From: an uncultured Candidatus Saccharibacteria bacterium
GTDB taxonomy: Bacteria; Patescibacteriota; CALEFQ01
DNA length: 41,238 bases
Assembly: GCA_964391305.1 (NCBI GenBank)
Contig: CAYMJO010000002.1
Location: 1 to 41,238 of the forward strand
Direction: 5' to 3'
The notes below the pieces were generated by a model, which did no database searches, was not told where the DNA came from, and saw nothing but the letters and a program-made list of their open reading frames with translations. Below, one piece after another: positions 1 through 6,795 of this stretch. Each line of letters opens with the position of its first letter. Position 1 is the stretch's first letter. The position numbers and the translations under genes are program-made.

Positions 1-456
1 GATTACGGCCAAGACAATGGTCGAACTACCGTTTATGAGCTGGAAGAAAACCACTACGGGGTTGAAATAAACCTCGTTTCCTACTCAAAGTTAGGAAAAA
101 CATACATTCGGGCCGGCGGGTACGCTTTTTTAGGAAAAAGCCGGCTCGAGGAGACGTTGCTAGGCGATGTCTCCTCCAAGAATCGTTCTGGTCTAGGTGA
201 GCTAGACCTAGGGGCGGAAATCGGAATTCTTGGGGGAAAGTTTTTTCTCCTATTAGATTATTTCGAAAGTCTGTGGACTGACCTAAAGTCCAAGACTTTC
301 GGAGTCGGCTTCGAAATGGGAAGCCGAAAAGAAATGGGAAGCCGAAAATCATTTTCCTTCAGGCTTGAAGGAAAATACACCGAGATAAAAAGTACTCCAG
401 GCGGCAAGGACGAGAAACTTGCAGGGCCTGGAGGCAAAATTTCTATTTTTTTTTAA
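1..456 (+). CDS. 3' end of a gene truncated by the left window edge; beta-strand-rich C-terminal fragment of unknown function
   Basis: Frame 1 is open from nt 1 to TAA at 454-456. The TTG at 157 in the ORF track is only the first start-like codon. The sequence alternates hydrophobic and polar residues (YGVEINLVSYSKLGKTYIRAGGYAFLG) and ends ...KISIFF. Reading this as beta-barrel-like is inference only. Confidence 0.4.
   Translation, partial: DYGQDNGRTTVYELEENHYGVEINLVSYSKLGKTYIRAGGYAFLGKSRLEETLLGDVSSKNRSGLGELDLGAEIGILGGKFFLLLDYFESLWTDLKSKTFGVGFEMGSRKEMGSRKSFSFRLEGKYTEIKSTPGGKDEKLAGPGGKISIFF
313..348 (+). repeat. Perfect in-frame 18-bp tandem duplication, GAAATGGGAAGCCGAAAA x2, encoding EMGSRK-EMGSRK
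   Basis: nt 313-330 and 331-348 are identical on direct reading. Confidence 0.9.
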
Positions 457-471
457 AACACTCCAGAACCC

Positions 472-525
472 GGCTCGGTGCAATCAGTCATTAATAGTTA
501 TATTGATGATTTGATTGCCCGAGCC
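472..525. repeat. 54-nt near-perfect palindrome (long hairpin) between the upstream stop codon and the GT4 gene
   Basis: Hand pairing gives 472-478/519-525 (GGCTCGG/CCGAGCC), 480-487/511-518 and 488-495/502-509. That is about 22 Watson-Crick plus 2 G:U pairs, with single-nt bulges at 479 and 510 and a 6-nt loop at 496-501. There is no clean T-tract after it, so the function (terminator or regulatory) is open. Confidence 0.7.
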
Positions 526-570
526 TTCATTCTCAAATATTACCTTTTTCATGATATATTTTTTACAAAA

Positions 571-1854
571 ATGAAGATTTTACTCGTCGAAAAATTTTTA
601 CAAGAGGGAGGAAAGTCCGGGGGCACAACTCGGGCCGCTTTGGAAATTCGAAAAATTTTGACGAAGAAAGGTCACGAAGTCATCCCTTTCACCGCATGGA
701 ACAAAGATATAAAACAAAAATCTCCAGATTGGATAGAGAAATACAAAAAGTACTTCGTGAAATACGAAGATTTTTCGAAGTTTGGTTTCAACCCAAGCAC
801 AATTCGCAAAGCCCTGAAGATGATTTACAACAAAGAGGCTGCGGAAAAAATAGAGGATTTGATCAAAGGCGAGAAGCCGGATTTGGCATACATTCACAAC
901 ATTTTCCATCACATTGGTCCGTCCATTTTGCCCATTCTGAAAAAGCATGATATCCCCGTGATTTACAGCCTCCACAGCTATAAACACATTTCGGCAAATT
1001 ATTATCTTCTGCACAAGAGCAAAATTTATGAAAAAGACAAAGGCGGAAAATATTACCGCTACATTTTTGATAGGTCTATAAAAAACTCGGCGTTTGCGGG
1101 GCTTCACGAGATGGTCGAGATGACGATCCATCACAAAATTTGGAAGCCTTTTTATAAATACGTTGATCTCTATACCGCTCCAAGTAAATTTTTGATAAAA
1201 AAAAGCTACGAATACAAATATCCGAGAAAAATAGAGCACTTGCCGAATATGCTCGATGGCGCAGATTTTCAGCCCAATTCCTCGAAAAAGGGAAATTATA
1301 TACTTTACTTTGGAAGAGTTTCAGGCGAGAAAGGAATACATCTTGTCATTGAAGCGCTTTCACGCCTAGAAAATCCGGACGTGGAATTTTACATTGCTGG
1401 TCAGGGAGATTATGAGTCAAAGCTTCGAGCTTTGGCAAAACAAAAAAAAGTTGAGAACAGGGTCAAATTTCTCGGCTTCAAAACAGGAAATGAGCTGAAA
1501 CGCTTGGTCTCAAGGGCACTGTTCGTTGTCCTTCCAAGCATTTGCTATGAAAATGCGCCGTATGCTATTTATGAATCAGCCGCTTTGGGAACTCCCGTGA
1601 TTGCTTCCCATATTGGCGGAATTCCCGAATTGATTTGTGAAGACCATGATATCGCGAAATCTTCCGGTCTTACTTTTGAAGCTGGCGATGTAAACGATTT
1701 GGAGGATAAAATAAGCTTTCTTCTGGAAAATAAAGAAGTATTGCCTAAAATGGGCAAAGTCGCCCGCAAGTTTTTCGAGGATAATTTCACTCTTGAAGAA
1801 TTTTATAAAAAACTGAAAAAATTGGTCTGGGACAAACTTGATTTAAGGCTTTAA
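571..1854 (+). CDS. GT4-family (GT-B fold) glycosyltransferase
   Basis: The ORF spans 478-1854. I prefer the ATG at 571 (MKILLVEKF...) over the GTG at 478. Motifs: GRVSGEKGIHLVIEA and an E-x7-E motif in YENAPYAIYESAALGTPVIASHIGGIPE. Confidence 0.85.
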   Translation: MKILLVEKFLQEGGKSGGTTRAALEIRKILTKKGHEVIPFTAWNKDIKQKSPDWIEKYKKYFVKYEDFSKFGFNPSTIRKALKMIYNKEAAEKIEDLIKGEKPDLAYIHNIFHHIGPSILPILKKHDIPVIYSLHSYKHISANYYLLHKSKIYEKDKGGKYYRYIFDRSIKNSAFAGLHEMVEMTIHHKIWKPFYKYVDLYTAPSKFLIKKSYEYKYPRKIEHLPNMLDGADFQPNSSKKGNYILYFGRVSGEKGIHLVIEALSRLENPDVEFYIAGQGDYESKLRALAKQKKVENRVKFLGFKTGNELKRLVSRALFVVLPSICYENAPYAIYESAALGTPVIASHIGGIPELICEDHDIAKSSGLTFEAGDVNDLEDKISFLLENKEVLPKMGKVARKFFEDNFTLEEFYKKLKKLVWDKLDLRL

Positions 1855-1869
1855 GTATAAATATTGCAG

Positions 1870-1903
1870 GGGCTTCGCCATGGCGGGGCCCTTTTTTGTT
1901 TTG
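1870..1903 (+). terminator. Rho-independent terminator after the GT4 gene
   Basis: GC-rich stem 1870-1878/1883-1891 (GGGCTTCGC / GCGGGGCCC; 7 Watson-Crick plus 2 G:U pairs), loop CATG, then TTTTTTGTTTTG. Confidence 0.6.
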
Positions 1904-1952
1904 TGGCGAACAGGCTTGCCAGTCGTAATTTTGGCGCAGGCGTGCTTGCCAG
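1904..1952 (+). repeat. Two imperfect direct repeats, TGGCG..CAGG..CTTGCCAG, inside a GC-rich intergenic island
   Basis: Unit 1 at 1904-1922 is TGGCGaaCAGGCTTGCCAG. Unit 2 at 1932-1952 is TGGCGCAGGcgtgCTTGCCAG. Each can also form a small TGGC/GCCA hairpin. Confidence 0.6.
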
Positions 1953-1972
1953 CTGAAGCACACGGTGAGGGG

Positions 1973-2046
1973 CGTAGGCTCGGTAATTTTTTCCCTTGTA
2001 TTACGTTGTACTATATATAGACAATTATACACTTGCCGAGCCTGCG
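1973..2046. repeat. Inverted repeat (core AGGCTCGG / CCGAGCCT) bracketing a 46-nt AT-rich segment upstream of rmlB
   Basis: 1973-1986 pairs with 2033-2046 (12 Watson-Crick plus 2 G:U pairs). The enclosed AT-rich segment contains a TTGT-AC-TATATATA-G-ACAA palindrome at 2006-2024. Confidence 0.6.
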
Positions 2047-2087
2047 GTTTGCCTGTTAAGATAGATATGAAATTAAACAAAAAATAA

Positions 2088-3086
2088 GTGAAATTGCTCG
2101 TCACCGGCGCGCTTGGCTTCATGGGCTCCGCCTTCGTGCGCCACATCCTAAAAAAATATAAAAACTACAAAATAACAAATCTGGATAAGGTAACTTATGC
2201 GGCCAATTTTGATAATTTAAAAAGTGTTGAAAAAGATAAGCGGTACAAATTTGTAAGAGGCGATGTTTCTGATCCAAAAGTTGTGAATCGTATCGCGAAA
2301 AACGCTGACGCCATTGTAAATTACGCGGCGGAAACGCATGTTGACCGTTCGATAAGCAAACCCGATGATTTCATACAAACAGATGTTTACGGCACTTACG
2401 TTCTTCTCGAGGCGGCGAAAAAATACGAGATGAAGCGATTTGTGCAGGTCTCAACAGACGAGGTTTACGGCGAAGTCATGAATGGCCGTTCCAAAGAGAC
2501 GGACATGCTTTTTCCCTCGAGCCCATATTCGGCAAGCAAAGCCGGCGGAGACATGCTTGTTCTTGGCTATTTTCGCACATACGCTGTTTCAGCGATCCTG
2601 ACACGCGCGTCAAACAATTACGGCCCATACCAATATCCGGAGAAGATCATTCCATTATTCATAACCAACATTTTAGAGGGCAAGAAAGTTCCTGTCTATG
2701 GAAAAGGAGGCCAAGTCCGTGATTGGCTTTATGTCGAGGATCACGCGAGGGCAATTGACGAAGTTCTGCATAAAGGAAAGTCCGGCGAAATTTACAATAT
2801 AGGTTCGGACTCGGGAAAAAACATCACAAACATGCAAGTTACAAAAAAAGTTTTGAAGTTTCTTGGTAAAGACGAAAAATTTATCGAACATGTGAAGGAC
2901 CGTCCCGGACATGATAGACGATATGCCATAAATTGTGATAAGATTAAAAAACTTGGATGGAAACCAAAGATGAATTTTTCAGAAGGGATTAAAAAAACAG
3001 TTGATTGGTATAAAAATAATGAAGAATGGTGGAAAAAGATAAAATCCGGGGAATTTTTAGAATACTATAAAAGACAATACGGCTAG
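2088..3086 (+). CDS. rmlB: dTDP-glucose 4,6-dehydratase
   Basis: GTG start. Motifs: N-terminal GALGFMGS Rossmann motif, YAAETHVDRS, the catalytic Y-x3-K in YSASKAGGD, RASNNYGPYQ.PEK and VRDWLYVEDH. At 332 aa the length is typical of RmlB/RfbB. Confidence 0.9.
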   Translation: MKLLVTGALGFMGSAFVRHILKKYKNYKITNLDKVTYAANFDNLKSVEKDKRYKFVRGDVSDPKVVNRIAKNADAIVNYAAETHVDRSISKPDDFIQTDVYGTYVLLEAAKKYEMKRFVQVSTDEVYGEVMNGRSKETDMLFPSSPYSASKAGGDMLVLGYFRTYAVSAILTRASNNYGPYQYPEKIIPLFITNILEGKKVPVYGKGGQVRDWLYVEDHARAIDEVLHKGKSGEIYNIGSDSGKNITNMQVTKKVLKFLGKDEKFIEHVKDRPGHDRRYAINCDKIKKLGWKPKMNFSEGIKKTVDWYKNNEEWWKKIKSGEFLEYYKRQYG

Positions 3087-3122
3087 ATAAAACATGATGT
3101 TTTTCGCGTAAAAATTTCGTTT

Positions 3123-3947
3123 ATGAAAATTTTAATCATAGGGAAAGGTTATATCGGCTCTCGCTGTGCCGAGAGTTGGCCTGACGCGAAGATGTCTGGC
3201 AAAATGATAAACAGCGTCAAAGACGTTGAACAAATTTTGGATAAGTACAAGCCCGATGTTGTTTTGAATGCGGCGGGAATTGTCGGAAAGCCAAATGTTG
3301 ACTGGTGCGAGACGAATCAAGCTGAAACCATGTGGGGAAACACCGTTTTACCAATCATGATTGCGGCCGCGTGCCAAAAAAAGAAGAAATATCTCCTTCA
3401 CATAGGCTCTGGCTGTATTTACTATGGCTATTCGAAAAACAAGAAAGGCTGGGAAGAAGATGATTTTGCCAATCCATCTGCCGTGTACACGCGATGCAAG
3501 TACGCCGCAGATCTCGCGCTTTCGACCTTGCCCAATCTTGGCATTGCCAGAATCAGAATGCCAATCGATTATATTCCAAGTCGGGCAAATCTGATTGACA
3601 AGCTCGCGTCTTTTTCAAAGATTATAAATGTCAGAAACAGCGTGACGGTTGTTGAAGACATGATTAAGGTATTTCACAAACTGCTCGAAAAAAAAGCCGC
3701 GGGAATTTTTCATGTGACAAATCCCGGATCCGTCACTCACAAAGAGATTATCAAGCTCTATGAAAAATATGTGGATCCGAAACACAGCAACAAATGGGTT
3801 TTGGAAAAAGACTTGCTAAAGAAAGGTCTTACCAAAAAGAAAAGATCCAACAATATCCTGCAATCAAAAAATTTGAAAAAACTGGGAATCAAAATGAGAC
3901 CAATCAAGGAAGCATTGACGGACACGATGAAGAAATATGCCCAATAA
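3123..3947 (+). CDS. NDP-4-keto-6-deoxyhexose reductase of the NRS/ER-like type (possibly a bifunctional 3,5-epimerase/4-reductase)
   Basis: Motifs: GKGYIGS Rossmann motif and Y-x3-K (YTRCK). There are long stretches I recall from plant and giant-virus NRS/ER proteins: NAAGI.GKPNVDWCE, GSGCIY, RIRMPI, N.RNS.T and THKEII.LYE.YVDP. It sits between rmlB and rmlA. Confidence 0.65.
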   Translation: MKILIIGKGYIGSRCAESWPDAKMSGKMINSVKDVEQILDKYKPDVVLNAAGIVGKPNVDWCETNQAETMWGNTVLPIMIAAACQKKKKYLLHIGSGCIYYGYSKNKKGWEEDDFANPSAVYTRCKYAADLALSTLPNLGIARIRMPIDYIPSRANLIDKLASFSKIINVRNSVTVVEDMIKVFHKLLEKKAAGIFHVTNPGSVTHKEIIKLYEKYVDPKHSNKWVLEKDLLKKGLTKKKRSNNILQSKNLKKLGIKMRPIKEALTDTMKKYAQ

Positions 3948-3951
3948 TTAT

Positions 3952-5025
3952 ATGAAAGGACTAATTTTATCTGGAGGTCATGGCACGCGGCTTAGGCCAA
4001 TCACATACACAACTCAAAAACAGCTGATTCCGATCGCGAATCGGCCCATGTTGTTTTTTGTTATTGACGATCTGGTTGAAGCAGGCATAAAAGATATCGG
4101 CATCATTATTGGACCCAACAAAGATCAGATTAAAAAAGCTGTTGGCAAAGGCGGTAAATGGAAAGCGAAGATTACCTATATTGAACAAAATTCACCGCTT
4201 GGTCTCGCGCATTGTGTTAAGATCGCGAAAAAATTTTTGGGGAATTCTGATTTTGTAATGTATCTTGGAGACAATCTTTTAAAAGGCGGCATAAAAGATT
4301 TTGTGAAAAAGTTTAAAAAAAGCAAAAAAGCGCAAGCGAGCATAATGCTTACGGAAGTTAAAGATCCGCAGCGTTTTGGTGTCGCAAAACTAAAAAAAGA
4401 CGGTTCCGTTGAAAGACTCATTGAAAAACCCAAAATCCCGCCGTCAAATCTAGCGCTTGTCGGAATTTACGCTTTTCGCGAAAAAATCCATGAAGCTGTT
4501 CGGAAAATAAGGCCATCATGGAGAAAAGAGCTGGAAATTACGGACGCGATTCAGTGGCTTTTGAACAAAGGATACAAAGTTGAGCAATCCAAAGTCAAAG
4601 GATTTTGGAAAGACACTGGCAAGCCATGGGATCTATTGGAGGGAAACCAGCTTGTGCTTGATGAAATGAAGCCGAAAAACCAAGGCAAAGTTGAAAAAGG
4701 AGCGGTGATTGAAGGAAGAGTTACAATTGGTATTGGAAGCAAAATTACGGGCAGAAGCGTGATACGAGGGCCTGTGATAATCGGTACGGATTGCTTGATT
4801 GCGAACAGCTACATAGGTCCGTTTACTGCGATAAAAGATCGTGTCAAAGTGAAAAACAGCGAAGTTGAGCATTCAATCATTTTGGATGATTCAACAATAG
4901 ACTGCAACAAACGGATTGTGGACGGAGTCATTGGCGTTGACTGCGCAATCACGTCCGTTGAGAAAACTATCCCACAACAGGGACATAAGCTTGTGATTGG
5001 AGATAATTCCGTGCTGGAGCTTTGA
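3952..5025 (+). CDS. rmlA: Glucose-1-phosphate thymidylyltransferase, long form, with a C-terminal left-handed beta-helix
   Basis: The N-terminus GLILSGGHGTRLRPITYTTQKQL is the nucleotidyltransferase signature. The C-terminal part has hexapeptide-like repeats (IGIGSKITGRSVIRGPVIIGTDCLI). ATG at 3952 is preferred; the ORF track start at 3937 overlaps the upstream gene. Sugar specificity is inferred from the rml context. Confidence 0.75.
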   Translation: MKGLILSGGHGTRLRPITYTTQKQLIPIANRPMLFFVIDDLVEAGIKDIGIIIGPNKDQIKKAVGKGGKWKAKITYIEQNSPLGLAHCVKIAKKFLGNSDFVMYLGDNLLKGGIKDFVKKFKKSKKAQASIMLTEVKDPQRFGVAKLKKDGSVERLIEKPKIPPSNLALVGIYAFREKIHEAVRKIRPSWRKELEITDAIQWLLNKGYKVEQSKVKGFWKDTGKPWDLLEGNQLVLDEMKPKNQGKVEKGAVIEGRVTIGIGSKITGRSVIRGPVIIGTDCLIANSYIGPFTAIKDRVKVKNSEVEHSIILDDSTIDCNKRIVDGVIGVDCAITSVEKTIPQQGHKLVIGDNSVLEL

Positions 5026-5114
5026 GCAAGTTTTATGTCGCAGATTTTTGTAAAAATCATTCTCTTTTTTTAGTAACCTGTGCCATGAACTCTGTTTCCC
5101 TGTTGCCCATTTTA

Positions 5115-5123
5115 TGCTAGAAT
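5115..5123 (+). promoter_or_regulatory. Candidate extended -10 promoter element (TGcTAGAAT) for the secreted-protein gene
   Basis: TG at 5115-5116 and TAGAAT at 5118-5123, about 49 nt upstream of the ATG at 5172. There is no good -35 box. Confidence 0.3.
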
Positions 5124-5171
5124 AGGCTTATAAAGAAAACTCTAAATATTTTTTTAAAAAATTTTATAAAA

Positions 5172-6521
5172 ATGAAAAAAATATTATTTTTTACAATTTG
5201 TATTGCGTTTTTCGCGATGCCAGTTTTCGTGTCCGCAAAATATGATTATCCGTATAACGATATCATTTCGGACAGGCTTTTTTATAACAGAAATGCGATG
5301 AAAGAAAGTGATGTGCAGAAGTTTTTGGAAAGCAAGGGAAGCTATTTGGCAGATTTTTCCGAAGGAGGGAAAAAAGCCTCAGGGTTGATTTACGAAGCTT
5401 GCAAATCGTACGGCTTGAATCCAAAGATCGTTCTTGTCATGCTTCAGAAAGAACAGAGCCTAATTGAAGACGGAAGTCCAACGGAGCGCGCGGTTCGTTG
5501 CGCGATGGGCTATGGCAGCTGTGACGAAAAATACATGGGGTTTTCCAAACAGATAGACAACGGAGTCTGGATTTTGGGCAAGGGCTACAAAGATAACAAA
5601 TCTAGATATGCATACGATGTCGGCAAGGAGACGATGACACAGGACGGCATCAAGGTTAAACCGAAGAATTATGCCGTTGCGGAACTTTTTATCTACAATC
5701 CCGTCGCGGGAGTTAATAAGGGCAATGGAAATTATCTCTTTTGGAATCTCTGGAAGAATAGATACAAGTTCGGCGCGGACAATATCTTGGCAGGTACGTT
5801 GATTCGCGAGAAGGGATCAAACGGTGTCTACCTCATTGGCAATGAAGGCGCAAAGCATCCTTTTTGGGGATCTTCGGCATTCAGCCAAACCTATAGGCGA
5901 GAGCAGATTGTCGATCTTGATACGAGCGATTTTGTGAATGTGGGATCTGGAGATCCGATCAAGCTTCGGGATGGAGTTTTATTTAGGGCGTCGAATGGCG
6001 CGGTTTTTATTTCGCAGAATGGCAAAAAGCTTGGCGTGCCGAATCCAGAGACTCTGAAAGCGCTTGGATATACAAATAGAGATCCAATTAGTCTAAATAA
6101 GACCGAAGCGGATCTTTTGCCGTACGCCGGTAAATTTAAAAAGGATGGCTTTACGAGACCAAACGGGACTTTTATAAAAACAAAAGGTAGTCAGGCTGTT
6201 TATCTCATCGATCAGAATAAAAAAAGACCATTTTGGGACAAGAAGATCTTTGATTTTAATTACAATGGCAAGGTTGTCGTCGTAGAAATTTCAAGGAAAG
6301 AATTCGATAACTATAAAAATGGTCCTCCCGTAAAGTTTCGAGACGGAGCAATTTTGCAGGCTCCAAGCGGAGGAATATTCGTGATTTCCGGCGGCAAGAA
6401 GCGCGGCGTCGCGTCCATGGAAATATTTTGGGGTCTTGGATTAGATAAAAAAAATATTATAAAAGTGAGCAAAGCCATTTTAGATATGCATCCAAACGCT
6501 CCAACAATCACGACTTACTAG
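5172..6521 (+). CDS. Secreted protein: signal peptide, N-terminal domain of unknown function, and four ~60-aa C-terminal repeats
   Basis: The signal peptide is MKKILFFTICIAFFAMPVFVSA. Four repeats are visible by eye at residues ~207-445 (see finding). The N-terminal segment GLNPKIVLVMLQKEQSLI vaguely recalls cell-wall hydrolase accessory domains, which is a low-confidence impression. Confidence 0.75.
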   Translation: MKKILFFTICIAFFAMPVFVSAKYDYPYNDIISDRLFYNRNAMKESDVQKFLESKGSYLADFSEGGKKASGLIYEACKSYGLNPKIVLVMLQKEQSLIEDGSPTERAVRCAMGYGSCDEKYMGFSKQIDNGVWILGKGYKDNKSRYAYDVGKETMTQDGIKVKPKNYAVAELFIYNPVAGVNKGNGNYLFWNLWKNRYKFGADNILAGTLIREKGSNGVYLIGNEGAKHPFWGSSAFSQTYRREQIVDLDTSDFVNVGSGDPIKLRDGVLFRASNGAVFISQNGKKLGVPNPETLKALGYTNRDPISLNKTEADLLPYAGKFKKDGFTRPNGTFIKTKGSQAVYLIDQNKKRPFWDKKIFDFNYNGKVVVVEISRKEFDNYKNGPPVKFRDGAILQAPSGGIFVISGGKKRGVASMEIFWGLGLDKKNIIKVSKAILDMHPNAPTITTY

Positions 6522-6576
6522 ATTAAAGTGCGAAATTGGCCGAAACAATATGTGAAGATAGTTAATGCTGAAAGTT

Positions 6577-6795
6577 TTAAGCTTTGAGTTTCATCGGTTG
6601 CAGTGCGATGTAGGCGACGGCAAAGGCGCCCGCAATCCAAAGAAAAACTTTCATATCGAGAAAAATACTCACAGAATAAGGTATTGCCGTCTCGATGGCC
6701 AACAATATGAAATAGGTTATAATCGCGCTGATTGCCACATGGAGAAGTTGATTTTTCCATGGGTATTTTATTCCATTATTGTCTGAATTTTTCAT
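6577..6795 (-). CDS. Small two-TM membrane protein (72 aa)
   Basis: Two hydrophobic helices: LLHVAISAIITYFILLAIETAI and VFLWIAGAFAVAYIAL. Its ATG (6795-6793) overlaps the TGA (6794-6792) of the upstream minus-strand gene in an ATGA junction, which suggests translational coupling. Confidence 0.5.
   Translation of the reverse strand: MKNSDNNGIKYPWKNQLLHVAISAIITYFILLAIETAIPYSVSIFLDMKVFLWIAGAFAVAYIALQPMKLKA

Noticed and set aside
26-352. 108-aa minus-strand ORF, and the 157-456 TTG-start call
   Set aside because: The + frame is open from nt 1 through 456, so the region is best read as the 3' end of a longer + strand gene. The minus ORF is its antisense shadow.
598-1239. 213-aa minus-strand ORF. 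Similar antisense ORFs occur at 6876-7325 (plus strand, antisense to the minus-strand 494-aa gene), 9697-10074, 13238-13630, 16145-16522, 20848-21216, 23459-23818, 30077-30739, 34863-35252 and 37814-38182.
   Set aside because: All lie entirely inside well-supported genes with recognisable family motifs on the opposite strand. Their translations are low-complexity or Phe/Ser/Leu/Lys-rich, as expected from antisense reading of AT-rich coding DNA.
1866-1983. GC-rich intergenic stretch considered as a tRNA or other known small RNA
   Set aside because: I found no cloverleaf arms, no T-loop (GTTCRA in a proper stem context) and no anticodon arm on either strand. I keep it only as an unclassified structured region.
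1787-2146. 119-aa minus-strand ORF spanning the GC-rich intergenic island
   Set aside because: It overlaps the ends of both flanking + strand genes and runs through the terminator hairpin. It has no recognisable motif. The GC-rich structure is explained better as RNA or DNA structure.
5043-5071. GATTTTT/AAAAATC hairpin plus T-run after rmlA, considered as a terminator. A similar weak A/T hairpin lies at 19367-19382.
   Set aside because: The stems are 5-7 bp, almost all A:T, with very small loops. That is too weak to call from sequence alone.
6518-6786. Alternative small ORFs 6518-6760 (minus) and 6565-6786 (plus), which overlap the 72-aa membrane ORF
   Set aside because: They have no hydrophobic or other recognisable pattern and no coupling to neighbours. 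The 6577-6795 minus frame has two clear TM helices and an ATGA junction with the upstream gene.
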